Of a stretch of 64,000 bases of DNA, positions 1 to 12,000 are shown piece by piece (the first letter of the stretch is position 1; each line of letters starts with the position of its first letter). The translations under genes were made by a program, and so were the position numbers. Origin of the DNA: Macrostomum lignano. Its lineage: Eukaryota. The stretch lies in contig NIVC01002675.1 in the NCBI GenBank assembly GCA_002269645.1, positions 86,390-150,389 on the forward strand, in the 5' to 3' direction. Under the pieces are notes generated by a model. It was not told the origin of the DNA. It worked only from the letters and a program-made list of their open reading frames with translations, and ran no database searches.

Positions 1-399
1 TGACAGCCGAAGCCTGCGCCGGCTCTGCGCCTCTGTTTTGTAGCGCCAGAGGGAAGCTCTAATTGTTGCTAGCGGAGTTCCGCCGCTCAAAAGTGGCTCT
101 TCCGACAATTACTGTGGAATCTGCGGTTTTGTCCCTCCACCCCGTTGCAGGAGAAACCCATCATCGATTTGAGCTCGTGAGATTAGCCAAGCCTCTAATA
201 GCGGCTGATGCGAGTCGTAAAACAGCCAGTTTTTGGACTGGCCGGTTTCAACTGCGACTGGGTCCGGCTCGAACCGGGGTTGACTTTGATAGCTAACAAA
301 TATTCTATCTATGCTTGATTTTAGTGCATAAAAAACTAAATTTTGTGACAGTTTAGAGGGCCAATTCACAGGGTTAAAGGATGATTCCTAGTGTGGTTT

Positions 400-895
400 T
401 GAAGGCCGATTCTCTGCTTGACTAAAATGCCTATTGTTTAGCATGATGAAAAAAGCCAATTGTCAGGGTGTTTTTGAAGGTCTATTGTCAGGGTGGCTTT
501 GAGGGCCGATTGTCAGGGTGTTTTTGAGGGTCAATTGTCAGGGTGGTTTTGAAGGTCTATTGTCAGGGTGGCTTTGAGGGCCGATTGTCAGGGTGTTTTT
601 GAGGGCCGATTATCTGGGTGGTTTTGGGAGCCGATTATCTGGGTGGTTTTGAAAGCCGATTGCCTAGGGGTGGTTTTGAAGGCCGATTGTCAGGGTGGTT
701 TTCAGGGCCGATTATCTGGGTGGTTTTGAAAGCCGATTGCCTAGGGGTGGTTTTAAAGGCCGATTGTCAGGGTGGTTTTGAAGGCCTATTGTTAGGGTGG
801 ATATGAGGGCCGATTGCCTGGGGTGGTTTTGAAGGCCGATTACTAGGGTGGTTTTGAAGCCCGATTGTAAGGGTGGTTTTGAAGGCCGATTTTGT
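400..895. repeat. 25-bp minisatellite (GATTGTCAGGGTGGTTTTGAAGGCC family), in intron 1 of the IF gene
   Basis: Visible degenerate tandem units; the same family recurs at 7400-7790, 9460-9520 and 10812-11500. Confidence 0.9.
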
Positions 896-1049
896 TGCAC
901 CGATTTTTAGCGGCGCCTACTGCAGACAAAGCTTCCGCATCAAGTGTTTGCAGCTCGTTGAGAAGGACATTGTAGGCAAAATCAGACATTGAAGCTGGAC
1001 TCAAACTGCATCATCGGCAATCACAATCTCACCTGTAGCCAATTCTCAC

Positions 1050-1331
1050 CTTCTCAGTGTAGCTGGCGAACCGCTCGTTCAGCTCGCGCATCTCCTGCTT
1101 CTCTTTTTGCCGGCCGGTGAGCACACTGCTCAGCTCAGCCGAGCTGCTGCGCACAGCCGCTGCCGCCGTGGCGCCATCGACCAAGTCGACGAAGCTGCCG
1201 ATCCCGACGCCAGCGCCTCGACGAGAAGTCGTCGCGACGGCCGCCGCAGGTGTCCGGTTGATGACGATGGTCTTGGCCGCGGCGATTGGCCCTCTGGCGC
1301 GGCTGACGCCGCCGTTCCCAGCTGCCGACAT
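1050..1331 (-). CDS. Intermediate filament / lamin-family protein, first coding exon (head + coil 1A); rest of gene not identified in window
   Basis: MSAAGNGG... low-complexity head followed by EKQEMRELNERFASYTEK(VR), the IF coil-1A signature; GTGAGA donor right after the K codon. Confidence 0.85.
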
Positions 1332-1647
1332 GATGATGAGGCTTGTCCGCTCGTCCGCAGCAGCCACAAATCTGTCAACTTTTCAATAGACCAGCCAGCC
1401 CGCCTTGCTCAACTGCAGTTCCGGAGGGCAGGGCAGGGGCGGCTCCGGTCCAATGGGAGGCCACACAGTGGGCGGCTGAGTCAGAGGTTTGTCACCGCTG
1501 CACTCGCTACACAATTACTGGGCTCGGCCATGTCAAATTTAGCTTTGGGCAGATTTTAACTTGGTGTAAAAATAGGGATTAGCCACTCCGCAGTGCTGCT
1601 TTACCTGCTAGTTGGCTCATTGTCTTCGATTTATTAAGTCTCAGTTA

Positions 1648-1882
1648 GTGAGTGAGTGAGTGAGTGAGTGAGTGAGTGAGTGAGTGAGTGAGTGAGTAAG
1701 TGAGTGAGTAAGTGAGTGAGTGAGTGAGTGAGTAAGTGAGTGAGTGAGTGAGTGAGTGAGTGAGTGAGTGAGTGATTGAGTGAGTGAGTGAGTAAGTGAG
1801 TGAGTGAGTGAGTAAGTGAGTGAGTGAGTGAGTGAGTGAGTGAGTGAGTGAGTGAGTGAGTGAGTATATATATATATATATA
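1648..1882. repeat. (TGAG)n microsatellite followed by (TA)n
   Basis: Directly visible; source of the HSLT ORFs. Confidence 0.97.
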
Positions 1883-1889
1883 TAAGGAC

Positions 1890-3960
1890 GCAAAGATTAT
1901 GGTAGGCATCTTGCGCGCACGCGCTCGCAGAAGAGACGAGAGGGACAGTTTGTGACAGATTGTGGGGTCAGGTTAATGGCTTGAAGGTCAGACTCAAGCG
2001 TGGCGGTCCGGCCTTGGCCCCGTCGGAGACGCTCGGTCAGCCGGCGCCGCTGGAGGGTGGCACTGAGCTGAGGCACGCGGGCTCTCGCCATCAGCAGGTC
2101 CGTCGGCAGCCGCTCTGGGTAATGGATGCCAAGGGCGAACCGCAGCAGCGATCGGTAGGCAGCATCCAGGGCTCGAGACCTCGAGTCGGTCATTGGCACT
2201 GCCTCCAGTCCGTACAGGAAGATTGGCTCTACGGCAGCGCGGAACAGGCGCATCTTCAGGTCGTCGTTGGCAGCTGAGCTGAAGACCTCCCTGAGGAGAT
2301 GAGCCGCGCGCCAGGCTTGTGACCTCCGGTCAGCGATGATGGAGTCAGGGCTGCCTCATCACGAGGGAGCCCAGGTACCGGAAGTCTCTGCAGACTGAAA
2401 TGACTTGCCCATCTGGAAGGGTCAGGATTGGTGCTGCATCGGTGCCCACGTGCAGCACCTCCGTCTTGCGTGCGTTGATTTGCAGTCCGACTCGGGCGCT
2501 CTCCTCATAGAGTCTCGAGAGCGCTCTCTGGGCGGCAGTCGGACTGCGGCACAGCAGGGCGATGTCGTCGGCGTACGCGAGGGCGGGCAAAGGGGCAGCA
2601 CCTCGGCGGGAGCTCCGGCGTGACGCCAGCAGGTAACTCCTCTGTGAGGCTTCGGCGCAGCACGTAGTCGACGACAAGAATGAAGAGCAGAGGGGCCAAC
2701 GTGTCACCTTGGAGGACTCCGGAGCTGGTGCAGAAGTCCTCAGTTGGGCCATCGCTGGTTTGGACAAAGGCTTTGCTGTTGTTGTAGAGGTCCATAACTG
2801 CAGAGATAAGAGCCGGGGGGACGCCATAGTGCTCGAGCAGCAACGCGATCGCGCGCTGGCACACTGAGTCAAAAGCTTTGCTTTGTAAAGCTTTGTAAGT
2901 CCACAAAGACAATTGACACAGCTCTTTGGTGAGTTTTACAGGCCTTGACGACTGCTCGAAGGGCTGCAATCTGCTCTGTTGTCGAGCGGCCGGGCCTGAA
3001 GCCACTTTGGAGGCTCAGGATCATTTGGTTGAGGCCAGGCAGCAGCCGATTACGCAGTATAGCATTGAGCAGCTTAGCCAGAGTGCATTCCAGAGCGATG
3101 CCGCGTTGGTTGTCCAGACTGGTGGATGCCCTTCTCGGGGATGGAGACGATCTTAGAGGTGCGCCAGTTGTCAGCAGCAGTAGCACCTGGGTTGCCTCCA
3201 ACAGGACAGTGCTTGTTGAGCACAGTCGTGATGTCCTGTGTCAGCTCCGGCAGCTTGAGCACACTGGGTGGAATGCCATCTACTCCCGCGGCAGCGTCGG
3301 GGCGCATGATCTTGAGCACTCGGGGTTTACCTCGTAGACAGTCAGCGGGCCGGAGTTGAAAGTCGAGGGCTCAGCCGGAATAAAGTTTTCGATCGGCAGC
3401 AAATCAGCAGAGGGTGGTGGAGCGTTGAGCACATTGTGGTAGTGAGTGGCCAGCAGGGCTTTGCGATGGTGTATGGACTCAGCATCTACAGCGGCATTGG
3501 CCCTCTGCTTCCTGGCAGTCAGGCGGTTGATGGCGCGCCAGGCCGCTGTGTGCCGGTAGTTGTCTGTTGCTAGTTGAATTTCAGCAACAGCCTCCTGGAC
3601 AAAGGCTTCGGTCCTCCGGGAATGTTAAAAGTGAAGATCGAGCGAGACAAAAATAACTGGCTCAGCACTCCATTCTATTCTTTCCTCCATGGTTGGGCCA
3701 GGGCTGTTTCAGCCTGCTCACTGTCTTGGCCAAAGACTGCGGTTGTTCTTTGCACGTCGCGCCTAGCGATGGAGATCTCTTCGTCGGAGTCCCAGAGGGC
3801 TTTTGGCTGGTGCGGTTTTCGTTTTGGTAGGATCGAGGCAGCTCTCTCAACAGCTCTGGTGAAGGCGTCCGCCGATTCATTCAGGGCCGGAGTAGCATTT
3901 TGCAGCTTTTCAATGAACGCACTGCGCGTGTCTGGGTTTCTCAGATCTGCCCAGAGGGGG
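1890..3960 (-). mobile_element. Degenerate non-LTR retrotransposon (RTE-like RT), frameshifted, no endonuclease seen
   Basis: Fragmented frames give RGIALECTLAKLLNAILRNRL, QSGFRPGRSTTEQI, FVDL..KAFDSV, GVLQGDTLAPLLF, LAYADD, FRYLGS and RLFRAAVEPIFLYGLEA. Confidence 0.9.
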
Positions 3961-3967
3961 TGCAGTA

Positions 3968-4103
3968 GGTCAGTCAGTGAGTCAGTGAGTCAGTAGGTCA
4001 GTCAGTGAGTCAGTGAGTCAGTAGGTCAGTCAGTGAGTCAGTGAGTCAATAGGTCAGTCAGTAGGTCAGTCAGTGAGTCAGTGAGTCAGTCAGTAAGTTA
4101 TTG

Positions 4104-4134
<31 letters not shown>

Positions 4135-4261
4135 AGGTCAGTCAGTCCGTCAGTCAGTCAGTCAGTCAGTCAGTCAGTCAGTCAGTCAGTCAGTCAGTCA
4201 GTCAGTCAGTCAGTCAGTCAGTCAGTCAGTCAGTCAGTCAGTCACCCACTCACTCAAGTCA

Positions 4262-4295
<34 letters not shown>

Positions 4296-4462
4296 AGGTC
4301 AGTCAGTCAGTCAGTCAGTCAGTCAGTCAGTCAGTCAGTCAGTCAGTCAGTCAGTCAGTCAGTCAGTCAGTCAGTCAGTCAGTCAGTCAGTCAGTCAGTC
4401 AGTCAGTCAGTCAGTCAGTCAGTCAGTCAGTCAGTCAGTCAGTCACCCATTCACTCAAGTCA

Positions 4463-4496
<34 letters not shown>

Positions 4497-4603
4497 AGGT
4501 CAGTCAGTCAGTCAGTCAGTCAGTCAGTCAGTCAGTCAGTCAGTCAGTCAGTCAGTCAGTCAGTCAGTCAGTCAGTCAGTCAGTCACCCATTCACTCAAG
4601 TCA

Positions 4604-4637
<34 letters not shown>

Positions 4638-4715
4638 AGGTCAGTCAGTCAGTCAGTCAGTCAGTCAGTCAGTCAGTCAGTCAGTCAGTCAGTCAGTCAG
4701 TCACCCATTTACTCA

Positions 4716-4746
<31 letters not shown>

Positions 4747-5057
4747 AGGTCAGTCAGTCAGTCAGTCAGTAAGTCATTGAGTCAGTCAGTCAGTCAGTCA
4801 GTCAGTAGGTCAGTCAGTCAGTCAGTCAGTCAGTCAGTCAGTCAGTCAGTAGGTCAGTCAGTCAGTCAGTCAGTCAGTCAGTCAGTCAGTCAGTCAGTCA
4901 GTCACCCATTCACTCAAGTCAGTCAGTCAGTCAGTCAGTCAGTCAGTCAGTCAGTAGGTCAGTCAGTCAGTAGGTCAGTCAGTCAGTCAGTCAGTCAGCA
5001 GTCAGTCAGTCAGTCAATCAGTCACCCACTCACTCAAGTCAGTCAGTCAGTCAGTCA

Positions 5058-5089
<32 letters not shown>

Positions 5090-5206
5090 TTGAGTCAGTC
5101 AGTCAGTCAGTCAGTCAGTCAGTAGGTCAGTCAGTCAGTCAGTCAGTCAGTCAGTCAGTCAGTCAGTCAGTCAGTCAGTCAGTCACCCATTCACTCAAGT
5201 CAGTCA

Positions 5207-5249
<43 letters not shown>

Positions 5250-5363
5250 AGTCAGTCAGTCAGTCAGTCAGTCAGTCAGTCAGTCAGTCAGTCAGTCAGT
5301 CAGTCAGTCAGTCAGTCAGTCAGTCAGTCAGTCAGTCAGTCAGTCAGTCAGTCAGTCAGTCAG

Positions 5364-5398
<35 letters not shown>

Positions 5399-5615
5399 CA
5401 GTCAGTCAGTCAGTCAATCAGTCACCCACTCACTCAAGTCAGTCAGTCAGTCAGTCAGTCAGTCAGTCAGTCAGTCACCCACTCACTTAAGTCAGTCAGT
5501 CAGTCAGTCAATCAGTCACCCACTCACTCAAGTCAGTCAGTCAGTCAGTCAGTCAGTCAGTCAGTCAGTCAGTCAGTCAGTCAGTCAGTCAGTCAGTCAG
5601 TCAGTCAGTCAGTCA
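3968..5615. repeat. Complex (CAGT)n microsatellite with recurrent CACCCA(C/T)TCACTCAAG interruptions
   Basis: Directly visible. Confidence 0.97.
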
Positions 5616-6189
5616 GGCAGTTAAAAGAGGCAAACGCAAACGAATTGAGTTGGCATTTTGTTACACATGAATATTGTACACATATGAAGACAAAAATCCA
5701 CCTCTTCGCTGTTAATATTGATATATTTAGCCAGTTAGATCTTATATTGCACAAATGATTTTAATTGATGTTATTAACTCAAAATAGCAGCATGATTACA
5801 CCTACATGGACAAATATAACACTGTACATGACCCCAAATCCTATATAGTGAAATGGAAAATGATTAAATGTTAAATCTGGGACAATCAGGCCACACCTCT
5901 ACTCATAGTAATATTTGAAAACCCGTTTAACATGCACACGGACATGCAAGGTGGGCAAGCACGCAGCTTAGATTTTTAACCAGTGAATGGCATGAAAGAA
6001 ATTCAATATTTCGATCAAAAAAAGCCAATATCGAAGCACTTCTAGAAAAATACAATCCAAAATAGATCAATCAGATGCACAAGAGTCAGCAGGATAAAAT
6101 CTTACAGATCAATGTGCGCGCTTTACTTATTTTTATTAACTTGTCTATTCTCAGGCTGGCTGAGATGGCCCATGGCCGGTCGAAGCAAG

Positions 6190-6880
6190 TACATTCTGAG
6201 GAGAGGGGAAAGGGGTGAGTAAACTTTGAGGGGAGAGGTTGAAGGGGTAAGTACATTCCGGGGGAGAGGTTGTAGGGGTAAGTACATTCTGGGGGAAAGG
6301 TTGAAGGGGTAAGTACATTCTGGGGGAAAGGTTGAAGGGGTAAGTACATTCTGGGGGAAAGGTTGAAGGGGTAAGTACATTCTGGGGGAAAGGTTAAAGG
6401 GGTAAGTACATTCCGGGGAGAGGTTGAAGGGGTAAGTACATTCTGGGGGAAAGGTTGAAGGGGTAAGTACATTCTGGGGGAAAGGTTGAAGGGGTAAGTA
6501 CATTCTGGGGGAAAGGGGGAAGGGGTAAGTACATTCTGGGGGAAAGGGGGACGGGTGAGTACATTGTGGGGGAGAGGGGGAAGGGGTAAGTACATTCTGG
6601 GGGAGAGGGTAAAGGGGTAAGTACATTCTGGGGGAAAGGGGGACGGGTGAGTACATTCTGGGGGAGAGGGGGAAGGGGTAAGTACATTCTGGGGGAGAGG
6701 GTAAAGGGGTAAGTACATTCTGGGGGAAAGGGGGACGGGTGAGTACATTCTGGGGAGAGGGAAAGGGGTGTGTACATTCCGGTGAGAGGGGGGAAGGCGT
6801 GTACATTCTGGGGAGAGGGGGACGGGTGAGTACATTCTGGGGAGAGGTAAAGGGGTGTGTACATTCCGGGGAGAGGGCAG
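6190..6880. repeat. ~31-bp G-rich minisatellite (AGGGGTAAGTACATTCTGGGGGAAAGGTTGA)
   Basis: About 20 degenerate tandem units. Confidence 0.93.
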
Positions 6881-7399
6881 AGAACATTTAGTGCTCTGAG
6901 ACAATTTGGTACATTGTGTTCTGAAACATATGGGCTTTGATATATTGAGACATTTTGGCGGTCAACTCAAAAGTTGCTTTAACACTCGGTAGTTTTGATG
7001 AAAAAAAAAATTTGATTGAATTTAAAAACGAGATGCATTACAATATAAAGGTCACAGCTGCCACACCCGCGTTTGATGATGACAGAGATGCTGGATGACC
7101 AGACAAATACCTGTTTTAAACCGAAAACCGCGATTAATATTTCGTATTACAGTAACAGTTCGATACAAAAAGCATTGCAATATCAAGCTCGAATATTGCG
7201 TCGTGTGTACAACATATATGGATTGAGAATTTGACACAAGACTGATAGAAAACAATACCAATAAGTAGCTCGAAGTTTTTACTATATTAATACAAAACAA
7301 CGGATATTACAAAGACACAATAGCTTGCTCATATGCTCCCGAAACTCACAACCATAACTCAAACAAGTCATATGACTATGGGCCGGGCCATTCAGTGCC

Positions 7400-7790
7400 G
7401 AATATTATCAGTGTGGTTTTCAGGGCCTATTGTCAGTGTGGTTTTGAAGGCCTATTGTCAGTGTGGTTTTAAAGGCCTATTGTCAGTGTGGTTTTGAAGG
7501 CCTATTGTAAGTGTGGTTTTGAAGGCCTATTGTCAGTGTGGTTTTGAAGGCCTATTGTAAGTGTGGTTTTGAAGGCCTATTGTCAGTGTGGTTTTGAAGG
7601 CCTATTGTCAGGGTGGGTTTGAAGGTTGATTTCTCAGGGTGGTTTTAAAGGCCGATTATTAGTGTGGTTTAGAAGGCCGATTATCAAGTGATTTGAAGGC
7701 CGATTCTCAGGGTGATTTTGGAGGCCGATTCTCAGTATGGTTTTGAATGCCGATCATCAACATGGTTTCAAAAAGCAATTCTCAGGGTGA
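7400..7790. repeat. 25-bp minisatellite (same family as 400-895), just downstream of the VKR stop
   Basis: TATTGTCAGTGTGGTTTTGAAGGCC units. Confidence 0.9.
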
Positions 7791-7833
7791 CTGCTTTGGC
7801 AAGCTAGTCAGGCTGTGCATAAGGAACTCCGTC

Positions 7834-8679
7834 TCAGTCAAGTACGCTGTGCGTCAAAGCAGCCAGCGAGTTGGTCAACGAGTCCGAGTCGCCGCCGCCT
7901 CCTTCGCAGGCGCCTGGCGGTGCCGATCCGGAGCTGTGCGGGTCCGGCTTCAGCCGAGAGCCCCGCCGGCTGGCTGCCGTCGCCTCTGCCGCAGTCCGGG
8001 CCGCAAAGACGCGCGTTTTTGCGCGGTCGCGCTTTCCTCCGCCTCCGCTACCGCTGCCACCGCCGCCACCAGACGGCCCCGAATTGAGCAGCGAGGCGGC
8101 CACCAGGGCGATGGAGTTTGAGAATGACGAATTCACGCTCATGCCATTGAGCTGGCGCGAGCTGCCCGACAGACTCGACAAACCGTCGCGCGCCCCGGCG
8201 CCGCCGCTGGGCTGCCGACCGACAGTTCGCAGCGGGTCGCCGCCGCCGGCTCTGTCCAGCTCCTCCGGCGGCTGCATCGGTGGCGCCTCGTCCAGGCAGG
8301 GCGTGACGCACTCGGGATTCTCGCGCAGGACAGCCACCAGCTCCGACATGGTTGGGCGCTCTTTCGGCTCGAACTGCCAGCAGCGGGACACGATGGCGTG
8401 CAGCACGGGGGTGGCGCCGGCTGGGAAGCGGGACAGCAGAGTCTCGCCGTGGTTGACCTGCGCCATGACCTGCTGCTGGCTCAGCTCCTCGAACGGGTAC
8501 TTGCCGAAGGTGACCAGCTCGTACAGCACAACAGCGTAGGCCCAGACGTCGCTGTGCACGGTGAAGAAGTAGTACTGGATGGCTTCCGGCGGCATCCAGC
8601 GGACTGGCACCATCTTCTGCGTCTGCGTGCGGTAATAGTCCTTCACGGTGCGGGCCAGCCCGAAGTCCCCGATTTTTAC
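7834..8679 (-). CDS. VKR: VKR exon 9: kinase C-lobe and C-terminal tail
   Basis: [17 protein letters not shown]...PVRWMPPE...[17 protein letters not shown]. Confidence 0.92.
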   Translation of the reverse strand, partial: VKIGDFGLARTVKDYYRTQTQKMVPVRWMPPEAIQYYFFTVHSDVWAYAVVLYELVTFGKYPFEELSQQQVMAQVNHGETLLSRFPAGATPVLHAIVSRCWQFEPKERPTMSELVAVLRENPECVTPCLDEAPPMQPPEELDRAGGGDPLRTVGRQPSGGAGARDGLSSLSGSSRQLNGMSVNSSFSNSIALVAASLLNSGPSGGGGGSGSGGGGKRDRAKTRVFAARTAAEATAASRRGSRLKPDPHSSGSAPPGACEGGGGDSDSLTNSLAALTHSVLD

Positions 8680-8833
8680 CTGCGCAATTTGGGGCGCGAT
8701 TGTCGGAGTTGCCCGTCTGTCTGTCTGTCTCTCTGTGTGTGTGTCTGTCTTTCTGTCTGCCTGTCTGTCTGTCTGTGTGTGTGTCTGTCTTTCTGTCTGC
8801 CTGTCTGTCTGTCTGTCTTTCTGTCTGCCTGCC

Positions 8834-8884
<51 letters not shown>

Positions 8885-8951
8885 GTGTGTCTGTCTTTCT
8901 GTCTGCCTGTCTGTCTGTCTGTGTGTGTGTCTGTCTTTCTGTCTGCCTGCC

Positions 8952-9004
<53 letters not shown>

Positions 9005-12000
9005 GGCCATTCTCAGACGACAGTACCCAAAGCCAGACCTGGAAGTACTCGTTGATGAGGCAGTTCCGCAGTGCCAGATCCCTGTGCACAAAGTGCCTAC
9101 TGTGCAGGTACTCCACTCCGCACGCGATGTCCAGTGCGTAGCGAGTCAGGGCTTCTGGCGAAGTCTCCGGAGCAGCCGGCATGGATAGAGCCTGGGTGCG
9201 CCGCGCCATCAGGAAGCCCTTCAGGTCGCCATGCAGGCACATCTCCATCAGAATGTAGTAGGGACTGACCTCCGTGCACACGCCTAGCAGTCGGATGACA
9301 TTCTCGTGCTGCACGCTGGTCAGGGAAACTGCCTCCTTCAGCAGCTGCACCACCGACTCCTGCTTGTTTTCGTCGTTGGCGACCTGCTCGAGGAAAATTT
9401 GCAAGTACAATCTGATTGATTTTGAGCTCATAACTAAAAGCGGCAAGATGGCAAATCAGGGTGTCAGGATGGTTTAGAGGACCGATTCTTAATGTGATTT
9501 TGAAAGCCGATTCTCAAAGGTCACACCCTTTGCCGACAGCTGGCTGGCACGATTTCGTGCCAAGTGCATGAGTGTCAGAATTTCTACCCCCCGTTCCAGA
9601 CGGCAGCTAGCTTCACAAGTATACCCGTATGTAACAAAGCCGCTTAACCAAAAGATAATTTGTCTATGGCTGTGGACCAAATGCTATGGCTGCATGTCTT
9701 TCATTCATGAGAAAACCTTACAGGGGAATATGGAAAGGGCACTATTTTCGGCCATAGATTTTTATTGAAATCACTGTCGTGCTCATAATAGTTCTGCCAA
9801 GGACCTGCTTCAGAAATACAGAAACAGTCTTATTATACTATTGGATATTTTAATCCTCTGTCTACCCAAAGCACCAAGCAAATCGCTCCTGAGAATCATT
9901 ACATGGCGTTAGACTTTGACGGAGACTCGGAGTGAGCTGGTTCACTGCTGATGATGAGTCAATTGACGGATCCGAAGTTGAAAATCCCCACAGTGGCCTA
10001 GAAGAAGGGCAGGATGAGTCACTTGTAGGAGAACAGTGGCATTTTGTTGAAGATGGCGCTGATGCCAGGCCAGCACCTCTGCCTGAGTTCCTCGGAGTAC
10101 CAGGAGTCAGGCCCGATTTGCAGCTTCCTGAGATCGCCGACGGAAACGAGAGTGATTTTATCAAGCTGTATTTGACAGACGGGTTGATGGAGAACATCAA
10201 GAACTGGACAAAGAACCTAACTGTTAGAACCTAACTGACCATGGTAGGATGAGCAACTTTTGTGTTAAAAAAAACAATGAAGTTTTGGCGGCCCAATGCG
10301 CACTTCTATTTATTCATGATCTGAATTCCCTTTTTTTGTCACCTATTCTACTGTGTTTTTCTGTTCGAATGCAGTTCAATTACACACAGCTCGTTCTATT
10401 TATTAATAGTCAAGACTACTTCATAAAAACTAATGCTTTTTGCGTTAGTTTGTGTTATCAATACAGAAAGCATGATCTACGTTCGTGTTATACTATACTA
10501 CGTATAAGATACAAATGTACTAACTACTTCAAATACTATTATTCGTTTTTAATATACGCAGGTGTGCATTTGGTCCTGGTCCTATAATTCTTGATCTGTG
10601 ATGATTGCCATAGACAGTGCCACCTAACCTATAGGAAAATAAGCAGCTTTCCAACAAAAACGAACGTGGCACGTTTTTGAGCCATGTCAGTCGGCAACGG
10701 GGGTATTAAATTCTGCAATCTACGATTGCCCTAGACACCAAGATTCGGTTCCGTCAATAACTATGATTACTTTATGGCAAGAAATCGTGCCATCCGTCTT
10801 CTGCCGGTTAGGCCGATTGTCAGGGTGGTTTTGAGGGCCGATTGTCAGTGTGATTTTGAAGGCCGATTGTCAGGGTGGTTTTGAGGGCCGATTGTCAGTG
10901 TGATTTTGAAGGCCGATTGTCAGGGTGGTTTTGAGGGCCGATTGTCAGTGTGATTTTGAAGGCCGATTGTCAGGGTGGTTTTGAGGGCCGATTGTCAGTG
11001 TGATTTTGAAGGCCGATTGTCAGGGTGGTTTTGAGGGCCGATTGTCAGTGTGATTTTGAAGGCCGATTGTCAGGGTGGTTTTGAGGGCCGATTGTCAGTG
11101 TGGTTTTGAAGGCCGATTGTCAGGGTGGTTTTGAGGGCCGATTGTCAGTGTGATTTTGAAGGCCGATTGTCAGGGTGGTTTTGAGGGCCGATTGGCAGGG
11201 TTGTTTTGAAGGCCGATTTTCAAGGTGATTTTGAAGGCCGATTCTAAATGTGGTTTTTAAGGCCGATTCTCAAGGTGATTTTGGAGGCCGATACTCAATG
11301 TGATTTCCGATTCTCACAGTGATTTTGAAGGCCGATTCTTAATGTGGTTTAAAGGGCCGATTCTTAATGTGGTTTTAGGGCCGATTTCCAAGGTGGTTTA
11401 GAGGGCCGATTCTCCAGATGGCTTTAAGTTTCTGGGTGGTTTTGAAGGCTGATTCTCAAAGGCAGCTTAGAGGACCGATTCTCCAGGTTTTGAAGGCCGA
11501 TTCTTATAGATCGGAGACAGATCAGAGGGGCAACTGCGTGGACCGTCAGGGATATTTTTCAGAGCCTTCAAACGGTTTTAAGGGCAGAACACAATTGTAG
11601 CAGAGAGCTCAGAGGAGCTAAAGTTCACACTTAACGCACCTTGATAACGCAAGAGGTCCACGCGGACACTTCGCCGCTGACCCGGCCAGCCAGATTGACC
11701 TCTCCGCCGTACACAGTGCCAAAATACCCAGCGCCCATTTTCCTGTTGAGCACGACCAGCGACCTGTCCAGCTCGTACTTGACCAGCTGATCGCGCAGCA
11801 GCTGAAACGGCTGTGCCCTCAGCTGATACTCGCGCTGCCGATAGTGGCGCAGCAGCACGAAGAACAGCAGCATCAGCGCCAGCAGGATGATGAAGAACAC
11901 CAGGCAGCCCAGAGCTACGATGGACTCGGAGCAGCGCATGCCGGTTCTCAATGCCGACAGCAGGCCCTGGTTGCAGCTGTACGGCTCCCTGAGCAGCTGG

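Noticed and set aside
6086-6904. Pro-rich 150-272 aa ORFs
   Set aside because: Translations of the 31-bp minisatellite in all frames
7871-9141. Plus-strand ORFs overlapping the kinase exons
   Set aside because: Antisense shadows of GC-rich coding sequence plus microsatellite
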